Shown: in pieces, positions 1 through 9,345 of the stretch
Layout: each line of letters opens with the position of its first letter
Position numbering within the stretch: position 1 is the stretch's first letter
Source of the DNA: Escherichia phage ECD7
Sequence record: NC_041936.1
Direction: 5' to 3' (one strand)
Length of the DNA: 64,000 nt
The notes under the pieces: model-generated
Told to the model about the DNA's origin: nothing
Databases searched by the model: none
Seen by the model: the letters and a program-made list of their open reading frames with translations, nothing else
Program-made: the position numbers and the translations under genes

Positions 1-386
1 ATAACGTGATGGGTAAAGCCCGTGTTATTGAAGGGGATAAAGGCGCAGGTGATAAACTTGCTGCACTGATTCGCGCTGGCTGGATTCCTGGCGTTTCATC
101 CCGTGGATTGGGTCGTTTGAAAGACTCAGGTCGCGGATACAATATTGTACAGGAAGGTTTTGTGTTGACGGTTGGTGTTGATGTTGTATGGGGTCCGAGC
201 GCACCAGATGCGTGGGTAACTCCGGTGGTTGAGTCAACGGATAGCGATTCTAGCGCGTCAGACGCACCAGAAAGCGATAAAACCGAAAAAGTGACTAACC
301 CTACAGCCTCACAACAAAACATCGTAGAATCGAATAATAGCGCGTTTATGGCGCTCGCAGAAGCGTTATCTAAACGCTATAAATAA
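1..386 (+). CDS. 21: prohead core protease gp21, C-terminal part (5' end outside window)
   Basis: ORF runs to window edge; motifs VSSRGLG and SAPDAWV resemble T4 gp21 C-terminus; followed by 22 and 23 as in T4. Confidence 0.6.
   Translation, partial: NVMGKARVIEGDKGAGDKLAALIRAGWIPGVSSRGLGRLKDSGRGYNIVQEGFVLTVGVDVVWGPSAPDAWVTPVVESTDSDSSASDAPESDKTEKVTNPTASQQNIVESNNSAFMALAEALSKRYK
378..385 (+). promoter_or_regulatory. T4-type late promoter motif TATAAATA upstream of gene 22
   Basis: exact TATAAATA about 33 nt before the ATG at 418. Confidence 0.5.
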
Positions 387-417
387 TAACGTCGTTATCA
401 ACAAGAAGGTTATAACC

Positions 418-1212
418 ATGCTTAAAGAAATGCTGCTCGAAGAAGCAAAACAGATCACCGTAGACGTTGCTCTCGATGACCTGTTTGAATCCGTCGAACT
501 GTCGCCGGAAGTAAAAGAAAATTTTGGTACTATCTACGCTCAGGCGGTAAAAGCTAATGCTGTTGCACTGGCAGAAAGCCACATTGAAAAAATCGCCGCT
601 AAAGCCGATGAACTGGTAGAATCAAAGGTCGAAGAAGCACGCACCGAGATTGAAACCAAACTGTACGAAGATGCAGATAAATTCCTGAATCACTTAGGCG
701 CTAAATGGCTGGCGGAAAATAAAGAAGCCGTTACCCGTAATATTAAAGCGGATCTGTGCGAATCCCTGATTGGTTCTCTGAAAGATGTTTTCGTTACTCA
801 CAATGTTGTAGTACCGGAAGAATCTGTAGACGTTGTTTCTGAACTTGACGAAGCACTCAAAGAAGAAAAAGAAAAAACCTCCGAACTCTTTGATGCCAAA
901 CTGCAACTTGAAAGCGAAATTCGTGGCATGAAGCGCGAACAAGCGATCAATGAAAGCACTCGTGATCTTTCCGATACTCAGAAAGAAAAAGTAACCGCGC
1001 TGATTGAAGGTCTGGAATATAGCGAAACTTTCGATAAGAAATTAACTGCAATTGTCGAAATGGTTGCTAAGAAAGAAGACAAACCAGCGAAGATTGAAGA
1101 ATCACTAAATACTGATGCCGACAAGCTGAATGTTATTGCAGAAGCTGTCGAAGAATCAGAGAAAAAGGCAACTGTAGATTCCGGCGTATCCCGCTACCTG
1201 AATTTCATCTAA
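418..1212 (+). CDS. 22: prohead core scaffold protein gp22
   Basis: 264 aa acidic coiled-coil-like protein between gp21 and gp23; size and position match T4 gp22. Confidence 0.8.
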   Translation: MLKEMLLEEAKQITVDVALDDLFESVELSPEVKENFGTIYAQAVKANAVALAESHIEKIAAKADELVESKVEEARTEIETKLYEDADKFLNHLGAKWLAENKEAVTRNIKADLCESLIGSLKDVFVTHNVVVPEESVDVVSELDEALKEEKEKTSELFDAKLQLESEIRGMKREQAINESTRDLSDTQKEKVTALIEGLEYSETFDKKLTAIVEMVAKKEDKPAKIEESLNTDADKLNVIAEAVEESEKKATVDSGVSRYLNFI

Positions 1213-1230
1213 TGTAATTCAAATCTACTT

Positions 1231-1238
1231 TATAAATA
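1231..1238 (+). promoter_or_regulatory. T4-type late promoter TATAAATA upstream of gene 23
   Basis: exact TATAAATA 34 nt upstream of the gp23 ATG. Confidence 0.6.
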
Positions 1239-1271
1239 CTTTAGGTTAACAACAAACAAGGTTTAAAGAAC

Positions 1272-2858
1272 ATGAAAACTACCAAAGAACTGATGGAAAA
1301 ATGGTCCCCGCTGCTGGAGAACGAAAAACTGCCGGAAATCGCAACTGCGTCTAAGCAGAAACTGGTTGCTAAAATTCTGGAATCTCAGGAAGCGGATTTT
1401 GCTGTAGACCCGATCTATAAGGATGAAAAAGTTGTTGAAGCATTTGGTGGCTTTATCACCGAAGCAGAAGTTGCTGGCGACCACGGTTATGACGCATCTC
1501 AGATCGCGGCTGGTCAGACTACTGGTGCAATCACCAACGTAGGTCCGGCTGTTATCGGTATGGTTCGCCGTGCTATCCCTAACCTGATCGCATTTGATAT
1601 TTGTGGTGTTCAGCCGATGAGCACTCCGACTAGCCAGATCTTTGCAATCCGTTCTGTATACGGTCCTAACCCGCTGGCATCTCAGGCGAAAGAAGCATTC
1701 CATCCGATGTATGCGCCTGATGTGTTCCATAGCTCTCTGGCTGCTAAAGGTGCAACCACTGGTTCCCCGACTGGTACTCCGTTTGCTAAACTGGAAATCG
1801 GTACTCAGATTGCATCTGGTGATATTGTTCACCACACCTTCGCAGAAACTGGTATTGCATATCTGCAAAACGTTACCGCAGACGCAGTAACCCCTACCAA
1901 AGCAGGTCAAGAAACCGCAGACGAAACTGTTATGAAGCTGATGGAAGAAGGTAAATTGGCTGAAATCGCTTATGGTATGGCTACTTCCATTGCCGAAATT
2001 CAGGAAGGCTTTAACGGTTCCAGCAATAACCCGTGGGCTGAAATGTCAATGCGTATTGACAAACAGGTTGTTGAAGCGAAATCTCGCCAACTGAAAGCCC
2101 GTTACTCTATCGAAGTTGCGCAGGATCTGCGTGCTGTACACGGTATGGATGCTGACGCTGAACTGAATGCTATCCTGGCTAACGAAGTTCTGCTTGAAAT
2201 CAACCGTGAAATCGTTGACGTCATCAACTTTACCGCTCAGGTTGGTAAGACTGGTATGACTCAGACCGTTGGTTCTAAAGCTGGTGTATTTGACCTGCAA
2301 GACCCGATCGATACTCGCGGTGCTCGTTGGGCTGGTGAATCCTTCAAATCTCTGATCTACCAGATCGACAAAGAAGCTGCTGAAATCGCTCGTCAGACTG
2401 GTCGCGGTGCGGGTAACTTTGTTATCGCTTCCCGTAACGTTGTAAACATTCTGGCTTCTGCTGATCAGGGTATCAGTCTTGCTATGCAGGGTGCTGCAAA
2501 AGGTCTGAATACCGACACCACTAAAGCTGTTTTCGCTGGTGTTCTGGCTGGTAAGTACAAAGTGTTCATCGACCAGTATGCTCGTCAAGACTACTTCACC
2601 GTAGGTTACAAAGGCGACAACGAAATGGATGCTGGTATCTACTATGCTCCGTATGTTGCTCTGACTCCGCTGCGTGCAACTGACCCGCAGTCTTTCCACC
2701 CGGTTCTGGGCTTCAAGACTCGCTATGGCATCGGCATTAACCCGTTTGCAGACAGCAAATCCCAGGCACCGTCCGCTCGCATCACCTCCGGTATGTTGAG
2801 CAAAGACAGCGTAGGTAAAAACGCATACTTCCGTCGTGTATGGGTTAAAGGTTGCTAA
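1272..2858 (+). CDS. 23: major capsid protein gp23
   Basis: 528 aa; long colinear similarity to recalled T4 gp23 (e.g. GPAVIGMVRRAIPNLIAFDICGVQPM, DAGIYYAPYVALTPLR, KNAYFRRV). Confidence 0.95.
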   Translation: MKTTKELMEKWSPLLENEKLPEIATASKQKLVAKILESQEADFAVDPIYKDEKVVEAFGGFITEAEVAGDHGYDASQIAAGQTTGAITNVGPAVIGMVRRAIPNLIAFDICGVQPMSTPTSQIFAIRSVYGPNPLASQAKEAFHPMYAPDVFHSSLAAKGATTGSPTGTPFAKLEIGTQIASGDIVHHTFAETGIAYLQNVTADAVTPTKAGQETADETVMKLMEEGKLAEIAYGMATSIAEIQEGFNGSSNNPWAEMSMRIDKQVVEAKSRQLKARYSIEVAQDLRAVHGMDADAELNAILANEVLLEINREIVDVINFTAQVGKTGMTQTVGSKAGVFDLQDPIDTRGARWAGESFKSLIYQIDKEAAEIARQTGRGAGNFVIASRNVVNILASADQGISLAMQGAAKGLNTDTTKAVFAGVLAGKYKVFIDQYARQDYFTVGYKGDNEMDAGIYYAPYVALTPLRATDPQSFHPVLGFKTRYGIGINPFADSKSQAPSARITSGMLSKDSVGKNAYFRRVWVKGC

Positions 2859-2943
2859 TATAAGCCATTCCTGAAAAACTCCGGTCGGGTGCAATACCCG
2901 ACTTATCATAAACCTTATGACAGTGTAAAGTGTTAATTCCAAA

Positions 2944-2973
2944 GGGAAGACTCGAAAGGGTCTTCCCTTTTTG
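2944..2973 (+). terminator. rho-independent terminator after gene 23
   Basis: GGGAAGAC/GTCTTCCC stem followed by TTTTT; a second weaker hairpin lies at 2884-2903. Confidence 0.7.
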
Positions 2974-3356
2974 CGTATTATATCCCGTTATAAATAGGGT
3001 TGCAAGCTATATTCTATTGGGAGCGAAAATAGATACACACAACAAAGACAGGAAGATGCAGAACATCGGGGGTCGCGAGCCTAAATCCGGTGGCTATGAT
3101 ATGTGTAATTGCTTTTGATGCTGGATTTATTAAAACACAACAAACAATTCCACCAATTTTCGTAGTAACTGCATGGCAAAGGACCAATGAATGAAATGAG
3201 CGTTCATGTTGATATTGGGTCGGATAGATTTGGTAGATATACAGATCTGGTGTATGTCGACCTTGTTATGGCATTCCAGCGTGACGCTAGCGGTAATTTT
3301 TGGTTTTGGTACGCTGTTCCCTGAATTAACCCAAAATTCTCCATAAGGAGGAATGC

Positions 3357-3509
3357 ATGAGTAAGAAAGAAAACAGCTATGTTATGACTCGTAAGGAATA
3401 CAACGAATTGATGTTAGCATTAGCTTATGCAATTATTCGTTCTGATCATGCAATTAATCTGGTAAACAAAGTTAACCGTAGCGTTGATAATGTTTCTAGG
3501 AAGAAGTAA
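3357..3509 (+). CDS. small hypothetical protein (50 aa)
   Basis: ATG preceded by AAGGAGG RBS; below the ORF-track size cutoff; followed by a terminator. Confidence 0.35.
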   Translation: MSKKENSYVMTRKEYNELMLALAYAIIRSDHAINLVNKVNRSVDNVSRKK

Positions 3510-3518
3510 GTTTATTTT

Positions 3519-3548
3519 GGAATCCTTCGGATTCCTTTTTCTTTTTTT
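3519..3548 (+). terminator. rho-independent terminator
   Basis: GGAATCC-TTCG-GGATTCC hairpin followed by a T-run. Confidence 0.55.
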
Positions 3549-3549
3549 G

Positions 3550-3557
3550 TATAAATA
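3550..3557 (+). promoter_or_regulatory. T4-type late promoter TATAAATA upstream of gene 24
   Basis: exact TATAAATA 38 nt upstream of the ATG at 3595. Confidence 0.55.
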
Positions 3558-3594
3558 TGATATATCCATTAAGGCAAATACAGGATTCATAAAC

Positions 3595-4836
3595 ATGACT
3601 CATATTTTTACTGAACTGTTGCGGGAATCTACTTCCTCAGTAGCTAACCAGACAGCGCGACCGCAACTATTATCATTAACTCGCGCGGTAAACAACCTGA
3701 TTTTCTCTGATCTGGTAGCAATCCAGCCAACGGATCAACCAGTATCTGCATTGTACGGCCTACGTTATCTTAATCGTGATGGTCAGATGACTTTCCGAAC
3801 TGCTGCGACCTACGGTGGCGCGGCTGGTGATCGCACAGAGATTGAAGAGTTTTCAAAAGAAAAATCTTATGACGAAGGCGCACTGTTCAAATCAGGCGAT
3901 GTTGTATACGAAGTTGTGACCGCTGGTACAGTCGGTGAAGATGCCGAAACTCCAGAATCTGCAATCTTTAAAGGCGTAATGACAAACAAAATTCGTTTCT
4001 ATAGCGATTGTGCATCGGTAGAATACTTTGAAGATAAAAACACCGAAATTTCGTCTACCTCTATGCAGTTTGATAAATGGCAGGTTAATGTAGGTTCCCG
4101 TAAACTGAAAACCTCGTTCACCACTGAATTAATGCAGGATCTTGAGGCAAGCCAAATCAACTCTGAAAACTCTGTAATTGATCTTCTGGCTACTGTTGCT
4201 TCCGAAGAGATCAACAAAGATATTATTCAGAAGTTGATCACTGTATCATCTCGCTATAAAATTAAAGGGATCACCCCTGATGGCGTACTTTCTCTCGTTA
4301 GCGTTCAGGATGCACCAACACAAGCGCGTGAACTTTACCGCTATGCTTGCGAGATGAGCAATCAAATGTTGCGGACTTCCTCCTTTGCTGGTACATACGT
4401 TTTGGCGTCTTCTCGCGTGGTTGGCCTCCTGCAATCTACCGGATGGATGGAAGAAACCGACAATGCTCTAAGCGAAGGTCGTCTACGTTGCGGTCTGGAA
4501 GTGTACGCAGACACGACAACACCTTTCGATTATATGCTCGTTGGTTGTAAGCACATGATCGGTGATATGGAGAGTGTAGGTTCTTTGTTCTACTCCCCAT
4601 ATACAGAAGCCGACGGCGCTGGCGCGTATAAGAGTGTAATTGACCCTAATAGCTTCCAGCATCATGTAGCTATTATGAATCGTTATTCACTCTCTGTCAA
4701 CCCATACACATCAAAAGTTGATCAGGAAGAACACCAGGTCATCAAGGGTGACGATTGGGGTAAAATGGCTGGACGTTCAGAAATGTCCTACATTTTAGGA
4801 ATCGAACTGCCACCGCTTGAGATTGACAACGCTTAA
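3595..4836 (+). CDS. 24: capsid vertex protein gp24
   Basis: 413 aa from Met at 3595; colinear with recalled T4 gp24 (ELLRES..., GITPDG, FYSPYTE, ANPYT); the track ORF begins upstream at 3484. Confidence 0.9.
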   Translation: MTHIFTELLRESTSSVANQTARPQLLSLTRAVNNLIFSDLVAIQPTDQPVSALYGLRYLNRDGQMTFRTAATYGGAAGDRTEIEEFSKEKSYDEGALFKSGDVVYEVVTAGTVGEDAETPESAIFKGVMTNKIRFYSDCASVEYFEDKNTEISSTSMQFDKWQVNVGSRKLKTSFTTELMQDLEASQINSENSVIDLLATVASEEINKDIIQKLITVSSRYKIKGITPDGVLSLVSVQDAPTQARELYRYACEMSNQMLRTSSFAGTYVLASSRVVGLLQSTGWMEETDNALSEGRLRCGLEVYADTTTPFDYMLVGCKHMIGDMESVGSLFYSPYTEADGAGAYKSVIDPNSFQHHVAIMNRYSLSVNPYTSKVDQEEHQVIKGDDWGKMAGRSEMSYILGIELPPLEIDNA

Positions 4837-5424
4837 CTAAATATCTAACCAAGACAAGTCAGATCCGCCCAAGATTTTTTCGACGGCGGATCTATTTTCT
4901 TGATGATATAAGTTAAAACATGGTATCCCATGTCTACGGGCAACATAAACAGCAATTCGAGTTCCTCCCGAAACGATTCCATTAACTTCTTTCGCCCAAA
5001 ATATCACACAATCTACAGGGTCATCAAGTGTCTCACCTAAGACTTGAGCAACATTTCTAGAAAACAGATTTTGCATGTATAACGGTATAGAACGAGGATT
5101 ATCATAAACGTGTTCTAATTCATCCATCGCCAGATTTTTTTGTTCTAAGGTTTGCCATGCAATCACATCATGACCGTTATGCTTGTGGTCATAAAACTTC
5201 CAATTTGGAATGAAAATTTTTCTATAATCTGGATCGTAATACTTCATGAAAGCATTGTCCATACCGTAAGCCCCTCCAGAATGCGCTACAACGCGATTTT
5301 CTGACAATACCCTCCCAATGGTACTAGCCATTATCAAAATGTCGCTAGGCGCTTTTCTAGAGCCGATTAAAGCACATCTACGAAGTGGTTTTACTCCAAA
5401 TAGATCTTGTAACTGGTCAAACAT
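4837..5424 (-). CDS. DprA/Smf-like (SLOG Rossmann-fold) protein
   Basis: 195 aa; IGSRKAPS...VAHSGGAYGMDNA and later SRNVAQVLG...VSGGTRIAVYVARRHG resemble the DprA Rossmann domain; occupies the T4 rnlB slot. Confidence 0.5.
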   Translation of the reverse strand: MFDQLQDLFGVKPLRRCALIGSRKAPSDILIMASTIGRVLSENRVVAHSGGAYGMDNAFMKYYDPDYRKIFIPNWKFYDHKHNGHDVIAWQTLEQKNLAMDELEHVYDNPRSIPLYMQNLFSRNVAQVLGETLDDPVDCVIFWAKEVNGIVSGGTRIAVYVARRHGIPCFNLYHQENRSAVEKILGGSDLSWLDI

Positions 5425-5576
5425 AATATTTCCTCCATAGAAAGCAATATCATACTACAAGTTAATAACAAATACAAGTATCCGCGTAGCGGAAGCGAGC
5501 ACAGCGAGCAATAAAACACTTCCAGTAATTGATTAATAAATGTTCGAAACAAATTTTTATTATTCTATAAGATAAG

Positions 5577-5602
5577 TCTTCGTTTTGATCATAATTTAAT
5601 CA
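5577..5602. repeat. direct repeat copy 1 (TCTTCGTTTTGATCATAATTTAATCA)
   Basis: identical 26-mer recurs at 5726-5751 in a ~410 bp ORF-free AT-rich interval. Confidence 0.8.
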
Positions 5603-5725
5603 TACATGTAAAAACTACACAAAAGGATATCGCTTCGCGAACTCCTACGGAGTATAACATTTGTGTTACAATATGTAGTGATTAATAATTAACCAAAGAT
5701 ACATTTTCTATGTTCTAAAGATCTT

Positions 5726-5751
5726 TCTTCGTTTTGATCATAATTTAATCA
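5726..5751. repeat. direct repeat copy 2 (TCTTCGTTTTGATCATAATTTAATCA)
   Basis: identical to 5577-5602; flanking bases also similar. Confidence 0.8.
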
Positions 5752-5804
5752 AACAGTATTAATATTGTGCACATGTAAACTAAAATTATGTTAATAACAG
5801 ATAC

Positions 5805-5828
5805 AAAAAAGCCGCCCCAAAGGACGGC
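5805..5828 (-). terminator. rho-independent terminator (minus strand)
   Basis: GC hairpin GCCGCCCC..GGACGGC with A-run on plus (U-run on minus), just downstream of the 5838-6275 gene. Confidence 0.55.
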
Positions 5829-5837
5829 TAATGTTAA

Positions 5838-6275
5838 TTATTTGTTGATAACGATCTGATTTCGGCGAATGGTAACATTACTCTTAGAGATGATCAGATC
5901 ATCCGGCACTACGTTAGTTTTGTATGGTTGGAAGCGAACAAGCATCTGATTGCGTTTAGACCCTTCCTTAATCTTGATTTCCATCTGGATATTGTTGCCT
6001 ACGTGAGCAACCGCAATTTCACCTTTATTCTCATAGACCCACTTGCTGGTAACGTCTCCAGCAAAAGCCTTAATAACTTGCAATGCTTCGTCGTATGCGG
6101 TAGAGCTGTGAACTTTCAGAAGGCCAGCCGTAGCAAGACGTGAGCAGGTGATCGCCGGAGATTGCCAAACATCAACATTAATTTGCTCAATCAGAGTAAC
6201 ACCGCCCTGATCAACTGCTTTGAATGCTTCGAACATTGCCTTTTTCATTGCTACGTGGTTTTTACGGAATTTCAT
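5838..6275 (-). CDS. hypothetical protein (145 aa)
   Basis: ORF followed by a terminator; no recognisable motif. Confidence 0.5.
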   Translation of the reverse strand: MKFRKNHVAMKKAMFEAFKAVDQGGVTLIEQINVDVWQSPAITCSRLATAGLLKVHSSTAYDEALQVIKAFAGDVTSKWVYENKGEIAVAHVGNNIQMEIKIKEGSKRNQMLVRFQPYKTNVVPDDLIISKSNVTIRRNQIVINK

Positions 6276-6321
6276 AATTAGTCACCTCTATTGATTAGTT
6301 ATTCAGAATATTAATTACAAA

Positions 6322-6597
6322 TCAGGACATTGCCCGTTTGAATGCGTCCATTATAACAGTGTTATTTGGCATGTCAACACGTTTTTGAACTTTATTTTTA
6401 AATTTTTTGTTGATGTGGTGTTTACGATAAACAACCTTTTCACGGTTGGCGTAAGCCTCGCGTGCGTCTTTTACCATCAACCATGCCTTAGCCGCATCTT
6501 GTCCGCTGATCCCGCCAATCTTCTTAGCAATATCAACAAAATTAAGACCGTGGTCTTCGCGTAGCATGTAAACCATTAACGCTGTTTTCTTGTCCAT
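6322..6597 (-). CDS. hypothetical protein (91 aa), start chosen at internal Met
   Basis: ATG overlaps the stop of the upstream gene (TGATG coupling); the track ORF extends further 5'. Confidence 0.4.
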   Translation of the reverse strand: MDKKTALMVYMLREDHGLNFVDIAKKIGGISGQDAAKAWLMVKDAREAYANREKVVYRKHHINKKFKNKVQKRVDMPNNTVIMDAFKRAMS

Positions 6598-6794
6598 CAC
6601 TTCGCCCCATTGACGATTAACAGGATAGTGATTAGCACCGGAAACTGGATCATGATAGTGCCAATAAACCGGATAAATGCATTTTCTGACTTCCACACAT
6701 GACATGCGACTAGCTGATAGACCATTGTTGAAACCAGAACTAGGATATAAACCGAAAGCGGTGTAACTTCGATTAGTCGGGAAATCTCATTCAT
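6597..6794 (-). CDS. small hydrophobic protein (65 aa)
   Basis: hydrophobic, membrane-like sequence; GAGGTGA RBS upstream of the ATG. Confidence 0.4.
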   Translation of the reverse strand: MNEISRLIEVTPLSVYILVLVSTMVYQLVACHVWKSENAFIRFIGTIMIQFPVLITILLIVNGAK

Positions 6795-6954
6795 ACTTCA
6801 CCTCATACATTCATAAACACAACAACGAATAATACAGTAACAGTTATCAACGCCATTTTCAACCCCATATTCATAATATGTTCTTCGCCTCACTATGGAC
6901 AGTAGCATGTCGATGCGTGCCATTATAGACATCTAAATCGCTCTGTCAAGCACA

Positions 6955-6984
6955 AAAACAAAAAAGCCACCCCGAAGGATGGCT
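6955..6984 (-). terminator. rho-independent terminator downstream of hoc
   Basis: AGCCACCCC-GAAG-GATGGCT hairpin with A-run on plus. Confidence 0.6.
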
Positions 6985-6995
6985 GATAGATTTCA

Positions 6996-8210
6996 TTAAG
7001 CAGGATGCGTTTCACGAATGCGTAGAACTCGCTCTAACGTATCTCGGTCCAGTTTATGTAACTCTTTGGAATGATACATGAAACCATTGCGAGATTCCAT
7101 GCAAGTGCAATCACTATATTTTTCTTCCGCTGCCGCGATTGTCTCCAGATCTTTGGCGTACTTGCTGGTTGAATAAACTTCTCGATCACGCCACTCTAAC
7201 CCAGACTCATTGAATTTAACAATCTCGTCAAATACCCACCATCCAATGTAGATAAATGAAGTTTTGCGCCACGGGATCGGGTGTACGTAACGAAACATTT
7301 TAACAACTTCCATTGAACATTTTCGGCTTGTACTTGCTGCAACTTCTACTGTTTCATCTTCGATCTGTTGATATAGTTTAGCAACACACCAGAATTTGGC
7401 TGTGTCATCGTAAGTAGCACTCTCTTTGAACAGATGACCGTCTGGAGTGATAGAAAATCCTTCCAGTGCTTCGCCGACCTCACTACCGATCAGAGTCGGT
7501 GACATTTGCCCTTCGCGCTGCAAATACCAGTTATATTTGATCGTCAAATTAGGCATACCGCTAGAATCGCCTACAATGTCCTCTGACACAACATAATTAA
7601 GTGATATCTCATTACCTAGTGCCACGGTCTTTGATTCCACCACATCCTGATCTACGTTCATTGTTGCCAGCATTATTTTAGTCGATGCGCTAGCGGCTGA
7701 ATCTTCCGACTCGCCCCACACTTTTACAGTATACACGCCGTTTTTATCTGCTGTAAATTCTTGGATCGTAATATCCTTTTTTGTGTCTATAACGTCATCG
7801 CCCTTACTCCAACTATAATGTAGTTCATAGTTGTCTGCTGGAGTCTTCCCACCAGAAAAATTTACTGTTGCATGTAATTCTACGTCTTTTTGTGATGATA
7901 CGTAGAAATGCTGCGGTTCGGTGATATTTACGATTAATTCAGCTTCTTCCATGAGGAAAACTTCAGATTCTACTGATGTCATCGTATCGGTATCTTGTAC
8001 CGTTACTTTATAGCTACCCGCATTTTCACTTGTTGCGTCTGCTACAGTTAGCGTAGCTGTGCTATTTTCATGCGGTTGGTCGTCTTTTGTCCATGTATAT
8101 GTCAAATTGCTGGGTAATGGTTCGTCACCCGCTACAGTCGCCGTTAAGGTGAAACCATCTCCAGCAAGAAAACATCTTTTGTTAGATTGTATTGATACTG
8201 TGAAAGCCAT
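6996..8210 (-). CDS. hoc: highly immunogenic outer capsid protein Hoc
   Basis: 404 aa; Ig-like N-terminal repeats; C-terminus YVHPIPWRKTSFIYIGWWVFDEI...ESRNGFMYHSKEL matches recalled T4 Hoc capsid-binding domain. Confidence 0.85.
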   Translation of the reverse strand: MAFTVSIQSNKRCFLAGDGFTLTATVAGDEPLPSNLTYTWTKDDQPHENSTATLTVADATSENAGSYKVTVQDTDTMTSVESEVFLMEEAELIVNITEPQHFYVSSQKDVELHATVNFSGGKTPADNYELHYSWSKGDDVIDTKKDITIQEFTADKNGVYTVKVWGESEDSAASASTKIMLATMNVDQDVVESKTVALGNEISLNYVVSEDIVGDSSGMPNLTIKYNWYLQREGQMSPTLIGSEVGEALEGFSITPDGHLFKESATYDDTAKFWCVAKLYQQIEDETVEVAASTSRKCSMEVVKMFRYVHPIPWRKTSFIYIGWWVFDEIVKFNESGLEWRDREVYSTSKYAKDLETIAAAEEKYSDCTCMESRNGFMYHSKELHKLDRDTLERVLRIRETHPA

Positions 8211-8305
8211 ATAAAGCCACTCCCATCGAAAATCCGAATTTAATTAATTGAAATAGTTGATTGTCATCAACCAGATAACCATTGCGAGATTCCAATACAT
8301 GAGTA

Positions 8306-8470
8306 TTAGAATAGTGATGCAACGAGGCCGAAATAATATCGATCTCGTCTGGGTATTTGTTCTGCTATAAAGTCTGCTGTACTAACAACAATCTTTAACA
8401 GAAGTGGATGACCAACGGAGCCATAAACCGGACCTTCTGTTTGATGTAATACATTGATTTTGTTAGACAT
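8306..8470 (-). CDS. small hypothetical protein (54 aa)
   Basis: ATG preceded by GGGAGA RBS; below the ORF-track cutoff. Confidence 0.3.
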   Translation of the reverse strand: MSNKINVLHQTEGPVYGSVGHPLLLKIVVSTADFIAEQIPRRDRYYFGLVASLF

Positions 8471-8549
8471 GTAGTCTCCCTTTTTAATTGCATAACGGAA
8501 CTACAATTAAAATTATAACAAATATTTCACAACTTTTATCACCCAAAAA

Positions 8550-9275
8550 TTACTTGAGTGTGTGGAATTGGCTATGTTTAGTCTCTCGCACCTTGACAGA
8601 CCCATCGCGTTTGATATAATAGATCAGTGACTTGAGGGTGTCGTGTACATACGCGTGCGGGAAACGCTCTGGATACTTCTTCCAATCTGGAGTATTAACG
8701 ATCCAGTCGAAAATCCACCACGGGCAGGAGTAGTAACCACGACCGCCACCGATCAAGCAAATGGTCGGACGGAAGCCAGTAAGATCGCAAAATGAATCAG
8801 TGTCATTTGCTGGGGAACGATGTTCTGCTTCGTCAGAGAAAATGTTTGCTACCGGAGATTCCACTTTAACTTCCGGTGCTTCTTCAACATCTGACTTAAC
8901 TTCTTCGACCACTGGTTCAACTGCTGGAGATTCTTCTTTTGTTTCTTCAATGACGATCTCAGGTTCTTTCATTGCTTCAACCAGAGACGGGTCAACTTCG
9001 TCGAATACCACTTTATCATCTGCGGTGTCTGCTGCCAGAATAAGATCGTTAATACTGGTTCCTTCTGCCGGAGTTTCTTCTTCCATTTCGGAAGCCAGTT
9101 TAGTTAATTCGGTTTCTACGAACTCGATCATGTTCTCTAGTGATAAAGTCTTTTTGACCTTAATATCAAATTGTTTTGCGTAGTCAGCTAATTCTGTTTT
9201 AGCTGTTTTCTGTGCTTCTTTGTCGTCGGACGCCGCAATAGCGCGGAGTTCTTCGAAATATTCTTTATCAAACAT
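8550..9275 (-). CDS. inh: Inh-like protein (candidate prohead protease inhibitor)
   Basis: 241 aa between hoc and uvsW as in T4; acidic low-complexity middle and Cys/Trp-rich C-terminus; assigned by position and size only. Confidence 0.4.
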   Translation of the reverse strand: MFDKEYFEELRAIAASDDKEAQKTAKTELADYAKQFDIKVKKTLSLENMIEFVETELTKLASEMEEETPAEGTSINDLILAADTADDKVVFDEVDPSLVEAMKEPEIVIEETKEESPAVEPVVEEVKSDVEEAPEVKVESPVANIFSDEAEHRSPANDTDSFCDLTGFRPTICLIGGGRGYYSCPWWIFDWIVNTPDWKKYPERFPHAYVHDTLKSLIYYIKRDGSVKVRETKHSQFHTLK

Positions 9276-9301
9276 GTTATTCTCCTGATTGGGGGTGTTT
9301 G

Positions 9302-9309
9302 TATAAATA
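9302..9309 (+). promoter_or_regulatory. T4-type late promoter TATAAATA upstream of uvsW
   Basis: exact TATAAATA 37 nt before the uvsW ATG. Confidence 0.45.
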
Positions 9310-9345
9310 TTTGTATACTGTATTTATTGAGTGAGGCTATTCGCT

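Noticed and set aside
2046-2942. 298 aa ORF on the minus strand inside gene 23
   Set aside because: Fully antisense to the well-supported major capsid gene; low-complexity translation; typical shadow ORF. The same applies to 1263-1910, 694-942 and 1642-1890.
4858-4900. Hairpin with long loop between gene 24 and the DprA-like gene as a bidirectional terminator
   Set aside because: The hairpin lies inside the 3' coding end of the minus-strand ORF as drawn, and the loop is about 17 nt; the signal is ambiguous and the true stop of the minus gene is uncertain.
5425-5837. tRNA or other structured RNA gene in the ORF-free interval
   Set aside because: No cloverleaf-compatible sequence or T-loop GTTC motif seen by eye; left as an unexplained repeat region (see findings) pending a covariance-model scan.
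8761-9183. 140 aa plus-strand ORF rich in Ser/Thr
   Set aside because: Antisense to the acidic region of the inh-like gene; low-complexity mirror translation.
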